From Bacteroidaceae bacterium (GTDB taxonomy: Bacteria > Bacillota > Clostridia > TANB77 > CAG-508): a stretch of DNA of 64,000 bases. The notes beneath the pieces are model-generated. The model ran no database searches. It was not told the origin of the DNA and saw only the letters and a list, made by a program, of their open reading frames with translations. Positions 31,264 to 40,132 of this stretch are shown here, piece after piece. Each line of letters starts with the position of its first letter. Within the stretch, counting starts at the first letter, position 1. The translations under genes and the position numbers were made by a program. The stretch is taken from assembly GCA_963621875.1 (NCBI GenBank), contig CAVFFR010000001.1, positions 15,940-79,939 of the forward strand, read 5' to 3'.

Positions 31264-31962
31264 TTGGATACAGTTTATTTAGAGAATAACCACATAGTAT
31301 TAGTGGGAAAAGTAACTAGCGACAAAAAGTTTAGCCACGAAATATATGGAGAAAAATTCTATGTATTTGATTTAAGCGTTCCACGTTTAAGTGGCAATTC
31401 TGATATTATACCAGTAACAATATCAGAGAGATTAATGGTAAACGGAGAATTACCATTAGAAACAAAAGTAACAGTAGAAGGTCAATTTAGATCTTATAAC
31501 AGTTATGGAGAGGGCAAAAACAGATTAGTATTAACAGTATTTGCAAAAAATGTAACATTATTAGAAGATCAAGAAAGTGAAATAGAAGCAAAAAAAGATT
31601 TCGTTTCAAATGAAGTAACATTAATTGGTTATATCTGCAAAAAGCCAATTTACAGACAAACCCCATTTGGAAGAGAAATTTCAGACATATTATTAGCAGT
31701 TAATAGAGCTTACAATAAATCAGACTACATACCTTGTATAGCTTGGGGAAGAACAGCAAGATTCTGTGAGAATATGGAAGTTGGTACAGAGGTTAAAATC
31801 GTTGGTCGTGTTCAATCTAGACAATATGAGAAAAAGTATGAAGATGGAACAGTAGAGAATAAAGTTGCATACGAAGTTTCAGTTGGTAGCTTAGAAGTTG
31901 TTAACCAAGACGGCGAAGAAAAGAGAGAAGAAACAGAACAAGAAAATCAAGAGGCTATATAA
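31264..31962 (+). CDS. Single-stranded DNA-binding-like protein with two tandem OB folds and no acidic C-terminal tip. Apparent TTG start.
   Basis: Two SSB-like OB modules (HIVLVGKVT...VTISERL...VEGQFRSY and VTLIGYICK...CIAWGRTA...VGRVQSRQYE). RBS gaggagga. The acidic C-terminus ends ...QEAI, not DDDIPF. Confidence 0.55.
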   Translation: MDTVYLENNHIVLVGKVTSDKKFSHEIYGEKFYVFDLSVPRLSGNSDIIPVTISERLMVNGELPLETKVTVEGQFRSYNSYGEGKNRLVLTVFAKNVTLLEDQESEIEAKKDFVSNEVTLIGYICKKPIYRQTPFGREISDILLAVNRAYNKSDYIPCIAWGRTARFCENMEVGTEVKIVGRVQSRQYEKKYEDGTVENKVAYEVSVGSLEVVNQDGEEKREETEQENQEAI

Positions 31963-32004
31963 TTAGATAAAATGAAATAAATAAATTCCTTTAAGATAAG
32001 AAAG

Positions 32005-32040
32005 AAGTGTTTTTACAAAAGTAAAAGCACTTTTTTCTTT
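32005..32040 (+). terminator. Rho-independent terminator after the SSB-like gene.
   Basis: Stem gtgtttttac/gtaaaagcac with an aaaa loop, followed by a T6 run. Confidence 0.55.
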
Positions 32041-32097
32041 TAATAAACTGGATTAATATAAAGAATTACAGCATATCAGAAATATTCTACTGACAAA

Positions 32098-32130
32098 TTT
32101 CGCCCAATAGGGACGCCCTATTGGGCGAAA
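32098..32130. repeat. 33-nt GC-rich perfect palindrome (15-bp arms, 3-nt centre).
   Basis: tttcgcccaataggg-acg-ccctattgggcgaaa. It stands out against AT-rich surroundings at the left edge of the higher-GC block. Confidence 0.8.
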
Positions 32131-32200
32131 GGCTAGTATTAAAATTTTAGTAAAGAGAAATCCTACTAAAAATTTATACTATCGCAACTCTTGTTAAAAA

Positions 32201-32229
32201 TTGACATAATATCGTAAGAATGGTATAAT
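32201..32229 (+). promoter_or_regulatory. Consensus sigma-A promoter with an extended -10 element.
   Basis: TTGACA (32201-06), an exact 17-nt spacer, then tgGTATAAT (TG-extended -10, 32221-29). RBS gggagga 6 nt before ATG 32268. Confidence 0.7.
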
Positions 32230-32267
32230 ATAAGTGGATTAATTTTTTTCAAAAGGGAGGACTTTTC

Positions 32268-33278
32268 ATGATTACGACGAAACGGTGCATTTTGATTGCA
32301 GCAAAATCTGAGTTCTTAGAAAGATTTGAGGCAATTGAATTTGCAAACATTTCTGAAATTCAGAATGTATGGAAGAAAAACAAGACTCCGGTTATTTCAG
32401 ATAAACTTGTAGCAAACAGATTAGAAGGATATAATGTCCTGAATGTTCCGGAAGAAATCATCGGCAATGTGGAAGAATTTACTGATTTCTGCCATAAGAA
32501 TGGTTTTGAATGTGGTGAATTCATCAGCGGAATCACTTATGACACTGCACAGGAAAGATGCTTTATGTGTGAGTTGGCGAGACATCGTGGAATGGGTGAT
32601 TTGGTTAGATACAACCAGTATGTTGAAAAAACTGTTGACTGTATCATTTACGAGACGGAAAACTTCTATGTAACTTCAGAGCTGGGAGCTCTGAAATTGG
32701 GCTATCTTATGATTGTTCCTAAAGAGCATATCCTTTCGGTAGCTCAGTTTCCAGAAAGACTTTTTGGAGAATATCAGGAAGTAAAGGAAGATACTGAGAA
32801 GATTCTGAAGGAGGCCTTTGGAGATTCTAATGTAACCTTTTGGGAGCATGGATCTGGTCCAAGTGGCAAGACTTCGCATAAGAAATCCATTGTTCATGCA
32901 CATACCCATGTTGTAGTAGACTTTAAACTGAAAGAAAAGTATCAGGATATGGTACAGCTTCGGCCGTGTTTTGATATTACTGAAGCCAAAAATGTTCATT
33001 ACTTTTCTTATCAGGAAGGAAGCAAAGGACAGTTGATGATTTCGATGGATCCAAGTGTTTATATTCAGCGCCAATATCCTCGCCAGATTATGGCTGATGA
33101 ATTAGGTTTTGCACCTGATCAGTATAACTGGAGGAAAGTGAAGTTTGAAGAAAACACAGATGCAACTTTGTTCCATCTGTTCTGTATGCTTAATGAATGC
33201 ACTGACGACAGAATCAAGGAACGTACTCGTGGATTCGTGGATGGATTCAATAAAAGAAACATCCAGGAAGATGAGTAA
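32268..33278 (+). CDS. HIT (histidine triad) superfamily nucleotide hydrolase/transferase with unrecognised ~95-aa N-terminal and ~110-aa C-terminal extensions. The gene has foreign composition.
   Basis: CxxC start of the HIT domain (CFMCE), an LMIVPKEHI block and the His triad SIVHAHTHVVV. Codon usage is rich in ccg/ctg/cgt/ggc, unlike its neighbours. Confidence 0.6.
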   Translation: MITTKRCILIAAKSEFLERFEAIEFANISEIQNVWKKNKTPVISDKLVANRLEGYNVLNVPEEIIGNVEEFTDFCHKNGFECGEFISGITYDTAQERCFMCELARHRGMGDLVRYNQYVEKTVDCIIYETENFYVTSELGALKLGYLMIVPKEHILSVAQFPERLFGEYQEVKEDTEKILKEAFGDSNVTFWEHGSGPSGKTSHKKSIVHAHTHVVVDFKLKEKYQDMVQLRPCFDITEAKNVHYFSYQEGSKGQLMISMDPSVYIQRQYPRQIMADELGFAPDQYNWRKVKFEENTDATLFHLFCMLNECTDDRIKERTRGFVDGFNKRNIQEDE

Positions 33279-33285
33279 ATCCCTA

Positions 33286-33319
33286 CAAACGGCTATCTTT
33301 AATAAGATGGCCGTTTGTA
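33286..33319 (+). terminator. Putative terminator after the HIT gene.
   Basis: 13-bp stem acaaacggctatc/gatggccgtttgt with 1 mismatch and an 8-nt loop. Weak T tail. Confidence 0.4.
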
Positions 33320-33396
33320 TGTATATTATAAAAAAGAAAATGTTGTAAAAGGAGAAAGAATATATTATAATATAAGAAAAAATAAAGGAGAACCAT

Positions 33397-34548
33397 ATGA
33401 ATAACGAAATAGTATTACCAAATTATGAACATTGCATACTAAATACAATAACATCCATATTAAAATATTACAATGTAGAAACAGAACACAAATCACTAGA
33501 AGTTCTAGACAAAGAACTAAAAAAGAAATACAGAAATGTTGTATTTATAGTACTAGACGGAATGGGTGAACATATATTAAACAGAATGTCGCCAGAAGGA
33601 TACTTTAATGCAAACAAAGTAGATTGTGTAACATCTGTATATCCGTCAACAACAACTGCGGCACTTACAACTTATTATTCAGGTCGTCCACCATATGAAA
33701 CAGGATGGATTGCATGGTCACAATATTTTAAAGAATATGGAAGAGCTATGGATATGCTTAAACATACAGAATCATATATGGGAGAAAAATATCCAAAAGC
33801 AAACTTAGATGTGTTTGCAGAAGTCGTTGATTATGAAACAATATTTGAAAAAATAGAAAAGTCATCTTTAAACATAAAGGCTTATGAAATAGAACCTACA
33901 TATGCAGATAAAAGAGCAAAAAGAAGTATTAGGGCAGATTCGATAGAAGAAATTGTTGATTCTATTGAAATGCTTTGTAAAAATCCAGATGAAAAATTCG
34001 TGTTTGCTTATTGTGACTGTCCAGACGGACTATTACACAAATATGGAGCAAGCTCAGATGAAGCAAGAGAATTTATATTAGACGCGGAAAATAGAATTCA
34101 AAAATTAGAACAAAAACTTTCAGATGATACAATAATTATAATATCAGCAGACCATGGCCATAAAGATATAGAAAAAGCATACACTTTATTAGACTATCCA
34201 GAAATACAAGAATGCTTAATAATGCCACCATCTTTAGAATCAAGAGTTGTAACATTTTGGGTAAAAGAAAATATGAAAAAAGAGTTTGAAGAAAGATTTA
34301 ACAAAGTATTTAAGAACGAATTTTGGTTAATGACAAGAGAAGAATTTCTAGATAAACATTTCTTAGGCTATGGAAAAAAACATCCTAAAATAGAAGAATT
34401 CGTTGGAAATTATATTGCTTTATCAACAGCAGGAAGCATAATCAGACTAGAAACATTTTTAGCAGAAGGCAAAAAAGTAAAACAATCTACACATTGTGGA
34501 CTAAGCAAAGACGAGATGGAAGTTCCAGTAATAATATTGAAAAAATAA
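33397..34548 (+). CDS. Alkaline-phosphatase-superfamily protein (nucleotide pyrophosphatase/phosphodiesterase- or PglZ-like).
   Basis: Metal-site motifs VLDGMG and IIISADHGH. 383 aa. Confidence 0.5.
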   Translation: MNNEIVLPNYEHCILNTITSILKYYNVETEHKSLEVLDKELKKKYRNVVFIVLDGMGEHILNRMSPEGYFNANKVDCVTSVYPSTTTAALTTYYSGRPPYETGWIAWSQYFKEYGRAMDMLKHTESYMGEKYPKANLDVFAEVVDYETIFEKIEKSSLNIKAYEIEPTYADKRAKRSIRADSIEEIVDSIEMLCKNPDEKFVFAYCDCPDGLLHKYGASSDEAREFILDAENRIQKLEQKLSDDTIIIISADHGHKDIEKAYTLLDYPEIQECLIMPPSLESRVVTFWVKENMKKEFEERFNKVFKNEFWLMTREEFLDKHFLGYGKKHPKIEEFVGNYIALSTAGSIIRLETFLAEGKKVKQSTHCGLSKDEMEVPVIILKK

Positions 34549-34573
34549 AAAACGAAAATAATGGAATATAAAT

Positions 34574-34604
34574 AAAAAATAGCAAACAAATTGCTATTTT
34601 TTTT
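34574..34604. terminator. Bidirectional terminator between 33397..34548 (+) and a small convergent ORF (-).
   Basis: aaaaaatagcaa-acaaa-ttgctatttttttt. A-run and T-run on either side of a short hairpin. Confidence 0.45.
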
Positions 34605-34746
34605 CTTCGGGAATTATAACATTCTTTTTAGTATTGGTATCTTCTTCTGGATTTGCAATGTTTAGATTATCATAAACAGGGGAAATATCTAAATCTTTGC
34701 CGTTTCCAGAAACTATTTCGATGTCCTTGTTCTCATCATTATACAT
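34594..34746 (-). CDS. 50-aa acidic small protein (not in the ORF track).
   Basis: RBS ggagggt 8 nt before the ATG at 34746. Protein MYNDENKDIEIVSGNGKDLDISPVYDNLNIANPEEDTNTKKNVIIPEEKK. Read directly from the sequence. Confidence 0.25.
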   Translation of the reverse strand: MYNDENKDIEIVSGNGKDLDISPVYDNLNIANPEEDTNTKKNVIIPEEKK

Positions 34747-34893
34747 AAAATACCCTCCACACTATTGAATTTATATATATGTTATCACAAAATTTTATAA
34801 TATTCAAGAAATAACGCTATAATTCATTGAAATTATAGTACTTTTTGTGTATAATAATTATGACAAAAAATAACAAGATGGAGAACAATTTTA

Positions 34894-35589
34894 ATGAGAA
34901 TTCGATTCAAAAAGTGGGCAAGACCAGAGCTAGAAGCAAGCAAATTCTATATAAACAATCCAGAAGAATATAAAGGGAAATGGACAAGCTTATTTAACAA
35001 TAATCCAATATATGTGGAATTGGGGTGCGGAAAAGGAGGATTTATTTCTAAGCTGGCTAGCCAAAATAAAAAAATAAATTATATTGCAATAGACCTAGTA
35101 GATGCAATGTTAGGACTTGCAAAAAGAAATATAGAACAAACTTACCAAGAGATAAAAACAGAAATAGACAATATTTATATTACAAGATATGATATTGACA
35201 GAATACTAAACATATTTAATTCTGAAGATAAAATAAAAAGAATATACATAAATTTTTGTAATCCCTGGCCAAGAGGAAAACATCATAAAAAAAGATTAAC
35301 ACATACAAGACAATTGGAAAAATATAAAACTTTTTTAATAGATAATGGTAAAATCTACTTTAAAACAGATGATGATAATTTGTTTGTTGATAGTTTAGGA
35401 TATTTTAAAGAAGCAGGTTTTGAGCTAAAAAAATTAACTTATGACCTAGCAAACGAAGAAAACTTTTGGCAGGATCAAGTAAATATTGAAACAGAGCATG
35501 AAAATATGTTTAAAGAACAAGGAATCAAAATTAAAGCTCTTATAGCAGTAAAGGAGAAAAATAATGTTCAATTACGAAGTGGAAAATAA
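34894..35589 (+). CDS. trmB: tRNA (guanine46-N7)-methyltransferase.
   Basis: SAM motif VELGCGKGGF and conserved TrmB C-terminal half. 231 aa. Confidence 0.8.
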   Translation: MRIRFKKWARPELEASKFYINNPEEYKGKWTSLFNNNPIYVELGCGKGGFISKLASQNKKINYIAIDLVDAMLGLAKRNIEQTYQEIKTEIDNIYITRYDIDRILNIFNSEDKIKRIYINFCNPWPRGKHHKKRLTHTRQLEKYKTFLIDNGKIYFKTDDDNLFVDSLGYFKEAGFELKKLTYDLANEENFWQDQVNIETEHENMFKEQGIKIKALIAVKEKNNVQLRSGK

Positions 35590-36088
35590 CGAATACGAAA
35601 ATCTTGAAGAATGTGTAAACATTGTGTATGAGCTTGCTTCAAAATACGCAATTGATGGAGTTAAGAACAATATTGGAGGACCATTTGGAGCAGGAATAAT
35701 ATATAAAAAGGGAAACAACAGATATACAATATTAGTCATAGAAAGAAATACTGTTTTATATTCAAAGGATCCAACAGCACATGCTGAGGTAAATGCAATA
35801 AGAAGTGCTTGTAAACAATTAAACACAAAATCATTAGAAAATTGTATATTAGTAACAACTGCTAAGAGTTGCACTATGTGCTTATCAGTAGCTTGTTGGG
35901 CAAATATAAAAACAATATATTATTCACAAAGCTATGACAGTGCAATAGACAGTGGATTTAGAGATGAACAAATTGCAGAATATATAAAAGGTAATAATCA
36001 GATAGTGGAAGAAAAACTATTAAAAAATCCTTGTTGTGAATTTCCATTTGTAGAATGGAACCAAAAAGAAGATAAAGAGGAGTATTAA
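35564..36088 (+). CDS. CMP/dCMP-type zinc deaminase family protein (nucleoside/nucleobase deaminase).
   Basis: HAEVNAI and SCTMC zinc-ligand motifs. Overlaps the trmB end. RBS aaggaga. Confidence 0.65.
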   Translation: MFNYEVENNEYENLEECVNIVYELASKYAIDGVKNNIGGPFGAGIIYKKGNNRYTILVIERNTVLYSKDPTAHAEVNAIRSACKQLNTKSLENCILVTTAKSCTMCLSVACWANIKTIYYSQSYDSAIDSGFRDEQIAEYIKGNNQIVEEKLLKNPCCEFPFVEWNQKEDKEEY

Positions 36089-36108
36089 TCATAGGAAGGT
36101 GATAGAAT

Positions 36109-36786
36109 ATGGAGAATGAATACATATTTATAGTTGATGACGAAGAAAGAATGAGAAAATTAATAAAAGATTTTCTAAAACAAAAAGGATATCCTACCAT
36201 TGAAGCTTCTGATGGAGAAGAAGCATTAAAGATGTTTGAAGAAAACAAAAACAAAGTAAAACTAATACTTTTAGATGTAATGATGCCAAAATTAGATGGG
36301 TGGTCTGTTTTAAGACAAATAAGACAAGAATCAAATGTACCAGTTATAATGCTAACTGCTAGAGGAGAAGAACAGGACGAATTATTTGGCTTTGAACTTG
36401 GAGCTGATGAATATATATCAAAACCATTTAGCTTAAAAATATTAGTAGCGAGAGTTGAAGCTATATTAAAAAGACTTCAGACAGATAAAAAAGAAGTAAC
36501 AGAAGTTGGGGGAATAAAGATAGACAGTCAAGGAAGGACTGTTACAGTTGATGGAAAACAAATAGATTTAAGTTTAAGAGAATATGAGCTACTAATATAT
36601 TTAGTGGAAAACGAAGGAATAGCACTATCTAGAGACAAAATATTAAATAATGTTTGGAACTATGATTATTATGGTGATTCTCGAACTATAGATAGTCATA
36701 TAAAGAAAATAAGACATAAATTAGGAAAAAAGGGAAAATACATAGAAACTATTAGGGGTGTTGGATACAAATTTGAAATAAAATAA
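36109..36786 (+). CDS. OmpR-family two-component response regulator.
   Basis: Receiver domain (DDEE...LLDVMMPKLDG...K) plus a winged-helix trans_reg_C domain. 225 aa. Confidence 0.85.
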   Translation: MENEYIFIVDDEERMRKLIKDFLKQKGYPTIEASDGEEALKMFEENKNKVKLILLDVMMPKLDGWSVLRQIRQESNVPVIMLTARGEEQDELFGFELGADEYISKPFSLKILVARVEAILKRLQTDKKEVTEVGGIKIDSQGRTVTVDGKQIDLSLREYELLIYLVENEGIALSRDKILNNVWNYDYYGDSRTIDSHIKKIRHKLGKKGKYIETIRGVGYKFEIK

Positions 36787-36802
36787 TAGAAGGAATGATA
36801 AA

Positions 36803-38293
36803 ATGAAAAAGATAAAAACTGTTCGTATGAAACTATTTACAACACTAAGCTTAATAACAATATCAATTTTGTTATTACTAATTATGATAAATAGTCTATT
36901 TCTTAAAACATTTTACACTGTAACAAAAATAGAAAGTGTAAAAAGTGAATATTATAAAATAAATCAGTTATATAACCAACAAGATGAACTAGCATTGCAA
37001 AAAATAAAAAACGATGCTGTATCAAACAATTTCAATATATTAATAGCTAATGAAGAATACTTCTTAGTGTTTTCTACAGATGAAAACTTTGAAAATACAG
37101 TAAAACAATATATAAACAATTCTGTTCCTCTTATGAATCAAATAAAAGAAAAAACAAATATATTATTTAACAAAGATAATATATTAATTAGAAAAATTAT
37201 TATAAATGGAAATAACAGTATACTATTAGTAGGAAAGCTAGACAATAATTATAATGTATATATAGAGATGCCAATATCCATTATAGACGAAAGTGTAAGA
37301 ATTTCTAATAATGTATTATTTATAATTGGAATTATAATAATATTTATAGGTGGAATTGTAGCATTATATGTTTCTAAAAAGTTTGCAACTCCTATATCTG
37401 AGTTAAACAACATAGCAAATAAAATGTCGAAATTAGACTTTAGCCAAAAGTACAAAGGAACTGGTACTGACGATGAAATGGACGAGTTAGGACATAGCAT
37501 AAACATAATGTCAGATAAGCTAGAAAAAACAATAAAGCAATTAAGAAGAAGTAATTCTGAATTAGAAAGAGATATAGAAGAAAAGTCAAAAATAGATGAA
37601 ATGAGAAAACAGTTTATATCAGATGTATCTCACGAACTAAAAACACCAATAGCACTAATACAAGGATATGCAGAAGGACTTATAGAAAATGTCAATGTAG
37701 ATGATGAATCTAGAAAATACTATGCAGAAGTAATATTAGATGAATCAAATAAAATGGATAAGCTTGTAAAACAATTGCTAGAATTAATGAAACTTGAGGA
37801 TGGAAAACGAGAATTTGATAATAGCAAATTTAACATTTGTGAACTAATTCAAGAAGTTATAAGAAAATGCAATGTAATGTTAGAAGAACACAAAATAAAA
37901 GAAATCAAATTTGATACAAATAAAAAAGTGTATGTATATGCAGATGAATTCTATATAGAACAAGTATTTACTAATTATTTTACAAATGCAATTAAGCATA
38001 CAAAAGATATAAATGGAGAAAAATACATAGAGATAAAAATAGAAGAAAAAGAAGATAAAGCAAGAATATCAGTATTTAACACAGGAGAAATAATTCCAGA
38101 AGAAAAAATTGATAAAATATGGGGAAGGTTTTACAAAGCAGATGAATCTAGAAATAGATCCGATGGGGGAAGCGGAATAGGACTTGCTCTAGTAAAAGCA
38201 ATTATGAACAACATAGATTCTGACTATGGTGTTATTAATGAAGAAATGGGAGTAAGATTCTATTTTGATATAGCTAAAGATAAAGAAAAATAA
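36803..38293 (+). CDS. Two-component sensor histidine kinase.
   Basis: Two TM segments, HAMP, H-box SHELKTP and HATPase_c N/G boxes (NAIKHT, GSGIGL). 496 aa. Confidence 0.8.
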   Translation: MKKIKTVRMKLFTTLSLITISILLLLIMINSLFLKTFYTVTKIESVKSEYYKINQLYNQQDELALQKIKNDAVSNNFNILIANEEYFLVFSTDENFENTVKQYINNSVPLMNQIKEKTNILFNKDNILIRKIIINGNNSILLVGKLDNNYNVYIEMPISIIDESVRISNNVLFIIGIIIIFIGGIVALYVSKKFATPISELNNIANKMSKLDFSQKYKGTGTDDEMDELGHSINIMSDKLEKTIKQLRRSNSELERDIEEKSKIDEMRKQFISDVSHELKTPIALIQGYAEGLIENVNVDDESRKYYAEVILDESNKMDKLVKQLLELMKLEDGKREFDNSKFNICELIQEVIRKCNVMLEEHKIKEIKFDTNKKVYVYADEFYIEQVFTNYFTNAIKHTKDINGEKYIEIKIEEKEDKARISVFNTGEIIPEEKIDKIWGRFYKADESRNRSDGGSGIGLALVKAIMNNIDSDYGVINEEMGVRFYFDIAKDKEK

Positions 38294-38327
38294 TGTTTAT
38301 GACTTATGAGAAAGGAATGATATAAAA

Positions 38328-40130
38328 ATGAATAATCAAGACGATCTAAGAAAAACTGTAAGAAACAGTACTGGAAAGAAAAAGAAAAAAAACAATAAAC
38401 CAATAATAATATTTGCGATAATACTAATAATTGCGATTGTTGTTATAATAAACAATGCTAAAAAGAACGAAAAAGTATCAGTACAAGAAATAACAAATTA
38501 TAATTATTTTGTAATAACAACAAATGAAAGTAAATCAGGAGTCATAAACAAAGAAGGAGAAATAGTAATAAATCCAGAATATGATTCTATACAAATACCA
38601 AACCCAGAAAAGCCTGTATTTATATGCTTATATGACTATAATAGCGAAACAAGAGAATATTCTTCAAAAGTACTAAATGAAAAATCAGAAGAAATATTAA
38701 AAAAATATGATAAAGTACAAGCAATACCAAACAACAACACATCAGTAAATAATGCTTATCAGACTGCAGTACTAAAATATAAAAATGATGGCAAATATGG
38801 TCTAATAAAAATTAATGGTAAAAAATTAACTTCTGCAATATATGACGAAATAGAAACTCTAGAATACAAAGACGGAGTTTTAAAAGTAAAACAGGATGAT
38901 AAATACGGAATAATTGACCTCAATGGCAAAGAAATTATAAAAGCAGAATATAATTCTATTGTTGCGGATGGCTACTATAACCAAGAAACAAAATATGAAA
39001 AAGCAGGATACATTGTAAATGTAAAAACAGAAGAAGGATATAGATATGGTTATATAAATAACAATGGAAAACAAACACTAGACACAACATATACCAATTT
39101 AAAAAGAGCTACCAATATGGGAGATTCAGCAATTTATATGATTAATTATAAAAACGGAAAAGCGGGTATCCTAAAGGATTCTCAAACAATTATAAAAAAT
39201 GATTATGAAGACATAGAAATTGATGCAGAAAATCAAATAGCTTCAGTACAAAAAAATGGAAAAAAAGGTGTATATGATTTATTAGGTAATATGATTTTGC
39301 CAATACAATATGACGATATAATTTTTGCAGGAAAATGTATTAACGCGTCTAAAGATGGTAAGGTACTTGTATTTGATTTGGCAGGAGTAATACAAAGTGA
39401 AAGCCCATATAGAAGCATAACAAAAGTTGCTAATGGAAAATATAGCATTACTATAAATAGAGATAACCAATATGGAGTAATAGACAATAATAAAGTAGAG
39501 ATAATCGAAAATAAATATTCATACATTGAATATGCATTTGATAATTACTTTGTTGTATCTAAAAATGGAATGTCTGGACTACTAAATTCAGAGTCGAAAG
39601 AGATAATACAAATTAACAAAAATGTGGTGCAAAATATAAAAGGAACTCAAATAGTACAAACAATAGACTCAAAAGCAAAAATAACAGAATTATATAACAA
39701 AAATATGCAAAAAGTAGCAACACAATCAGATGCTAGAATTTATATAAAAGACAACTATATAGAATTAGTATCAAAAGATAATATAGAATATTTTGATTTT
39801 GACGGAAACAAAAAAGATGCAAAAGACTTATTTGATAATAAAATATATGCAAAAGAACAAAATGGAAAATGGGGATATGTAGATAAAGATGGAAATACAG
39901 TTGTAGACTTTAAATATGATATGGCAACAAATTTAAATAAATATGGTTATGGAGCAATAAGATTAAATGACAAATGGGGAGTAATAGACTCGAATGGAAG
40001 TATAATAAAAGAACCAATTTATGAGCTTTCAGATTATGAGCCAAATTTCATAGGAGAATATTATGAGGTAAATAACATATATCAAATGTCATATTTTTCA
40101 AATGAAATAAAGATAGAACAAGGAGAGTAG
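38328..40130 (+). CDS. Membrane-anchored WG-repeat (KWG-type) protein.
   Basis: N-terminal K-rich segment and TM, then 12 or more ~30-aa repeats of the form DGKYGLIxxNGKxxIxxxYDxI. Confidence 0.6.
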   Translation: MNNQDDLRKTVRNSTGKKKKKNNKPIIIFAIILIIAIVVIINNAKKNEKVSVQEITNYNYFVITTNESKSGVINKEGEIVINPEYDSIQIPNPEKPVFICLYDYNSETREYSSKVLNEKSEEILKKYDKVQAIPNNNTSVNNAYQTAVLKYKNDGKYGLIKINGKKLTSAIYDEIETLEYKDGVLKVKQDDKYGIIDLNGKEIIKAEYNSIVADGYYNQETKYEKAGYIVNVKTEEGYRYGYINNNGKQTLDTTYTNLKRATNMGDSAIYMINYKNGKAGILKDSQTIIKNDYEDIEIDAENQIASVQKNGKKGVYDLLGNMILPIQYDDIIFAGKCINASKDGKVLVFDLAGVIQSESPYRSITKVANGKYSITINRDNQYGVIDNNKVEIIENKYSYIEYAFDNYFVVSKNGMSGLLNSESKEIIQINKNVVQNIKGTQIVQTIDSKAKITELYNKNMQKVATQSDARIYIKDNYIELVSKDNIEYFDFDGNKKDAKDLFDNKIYAKEQNGKWGYVDKDGNTVVDFKYDMATNLNKYGYGAIRLNDKWGVIDSNGSIIKEPIYELSDYEPNFIGEYYEVNNIYQMSYFSNEIKIEQGE

Positions 40131-40132
40131 AA

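Noticed and set aside
32098-32130. GC-rich block as a possible tRNA or other small RNA gene.
   Set aside because: It is a simple perfect hairpin of 33 nt with no cloverleaf arms or conserved tRNA boxes. No tRNA or rRNA genes were recognised anywhere in the window.
32676-33074. 132-aa minus-strand ORF and 67-aa + ORF (33145..33348) inside or overlapping the HIT gene.
   Set aside because: They are antisense or out-of-frame to a gene with clear HIT motifs, and have no RBS. Chance ORFs favoured by the locally higher GC.
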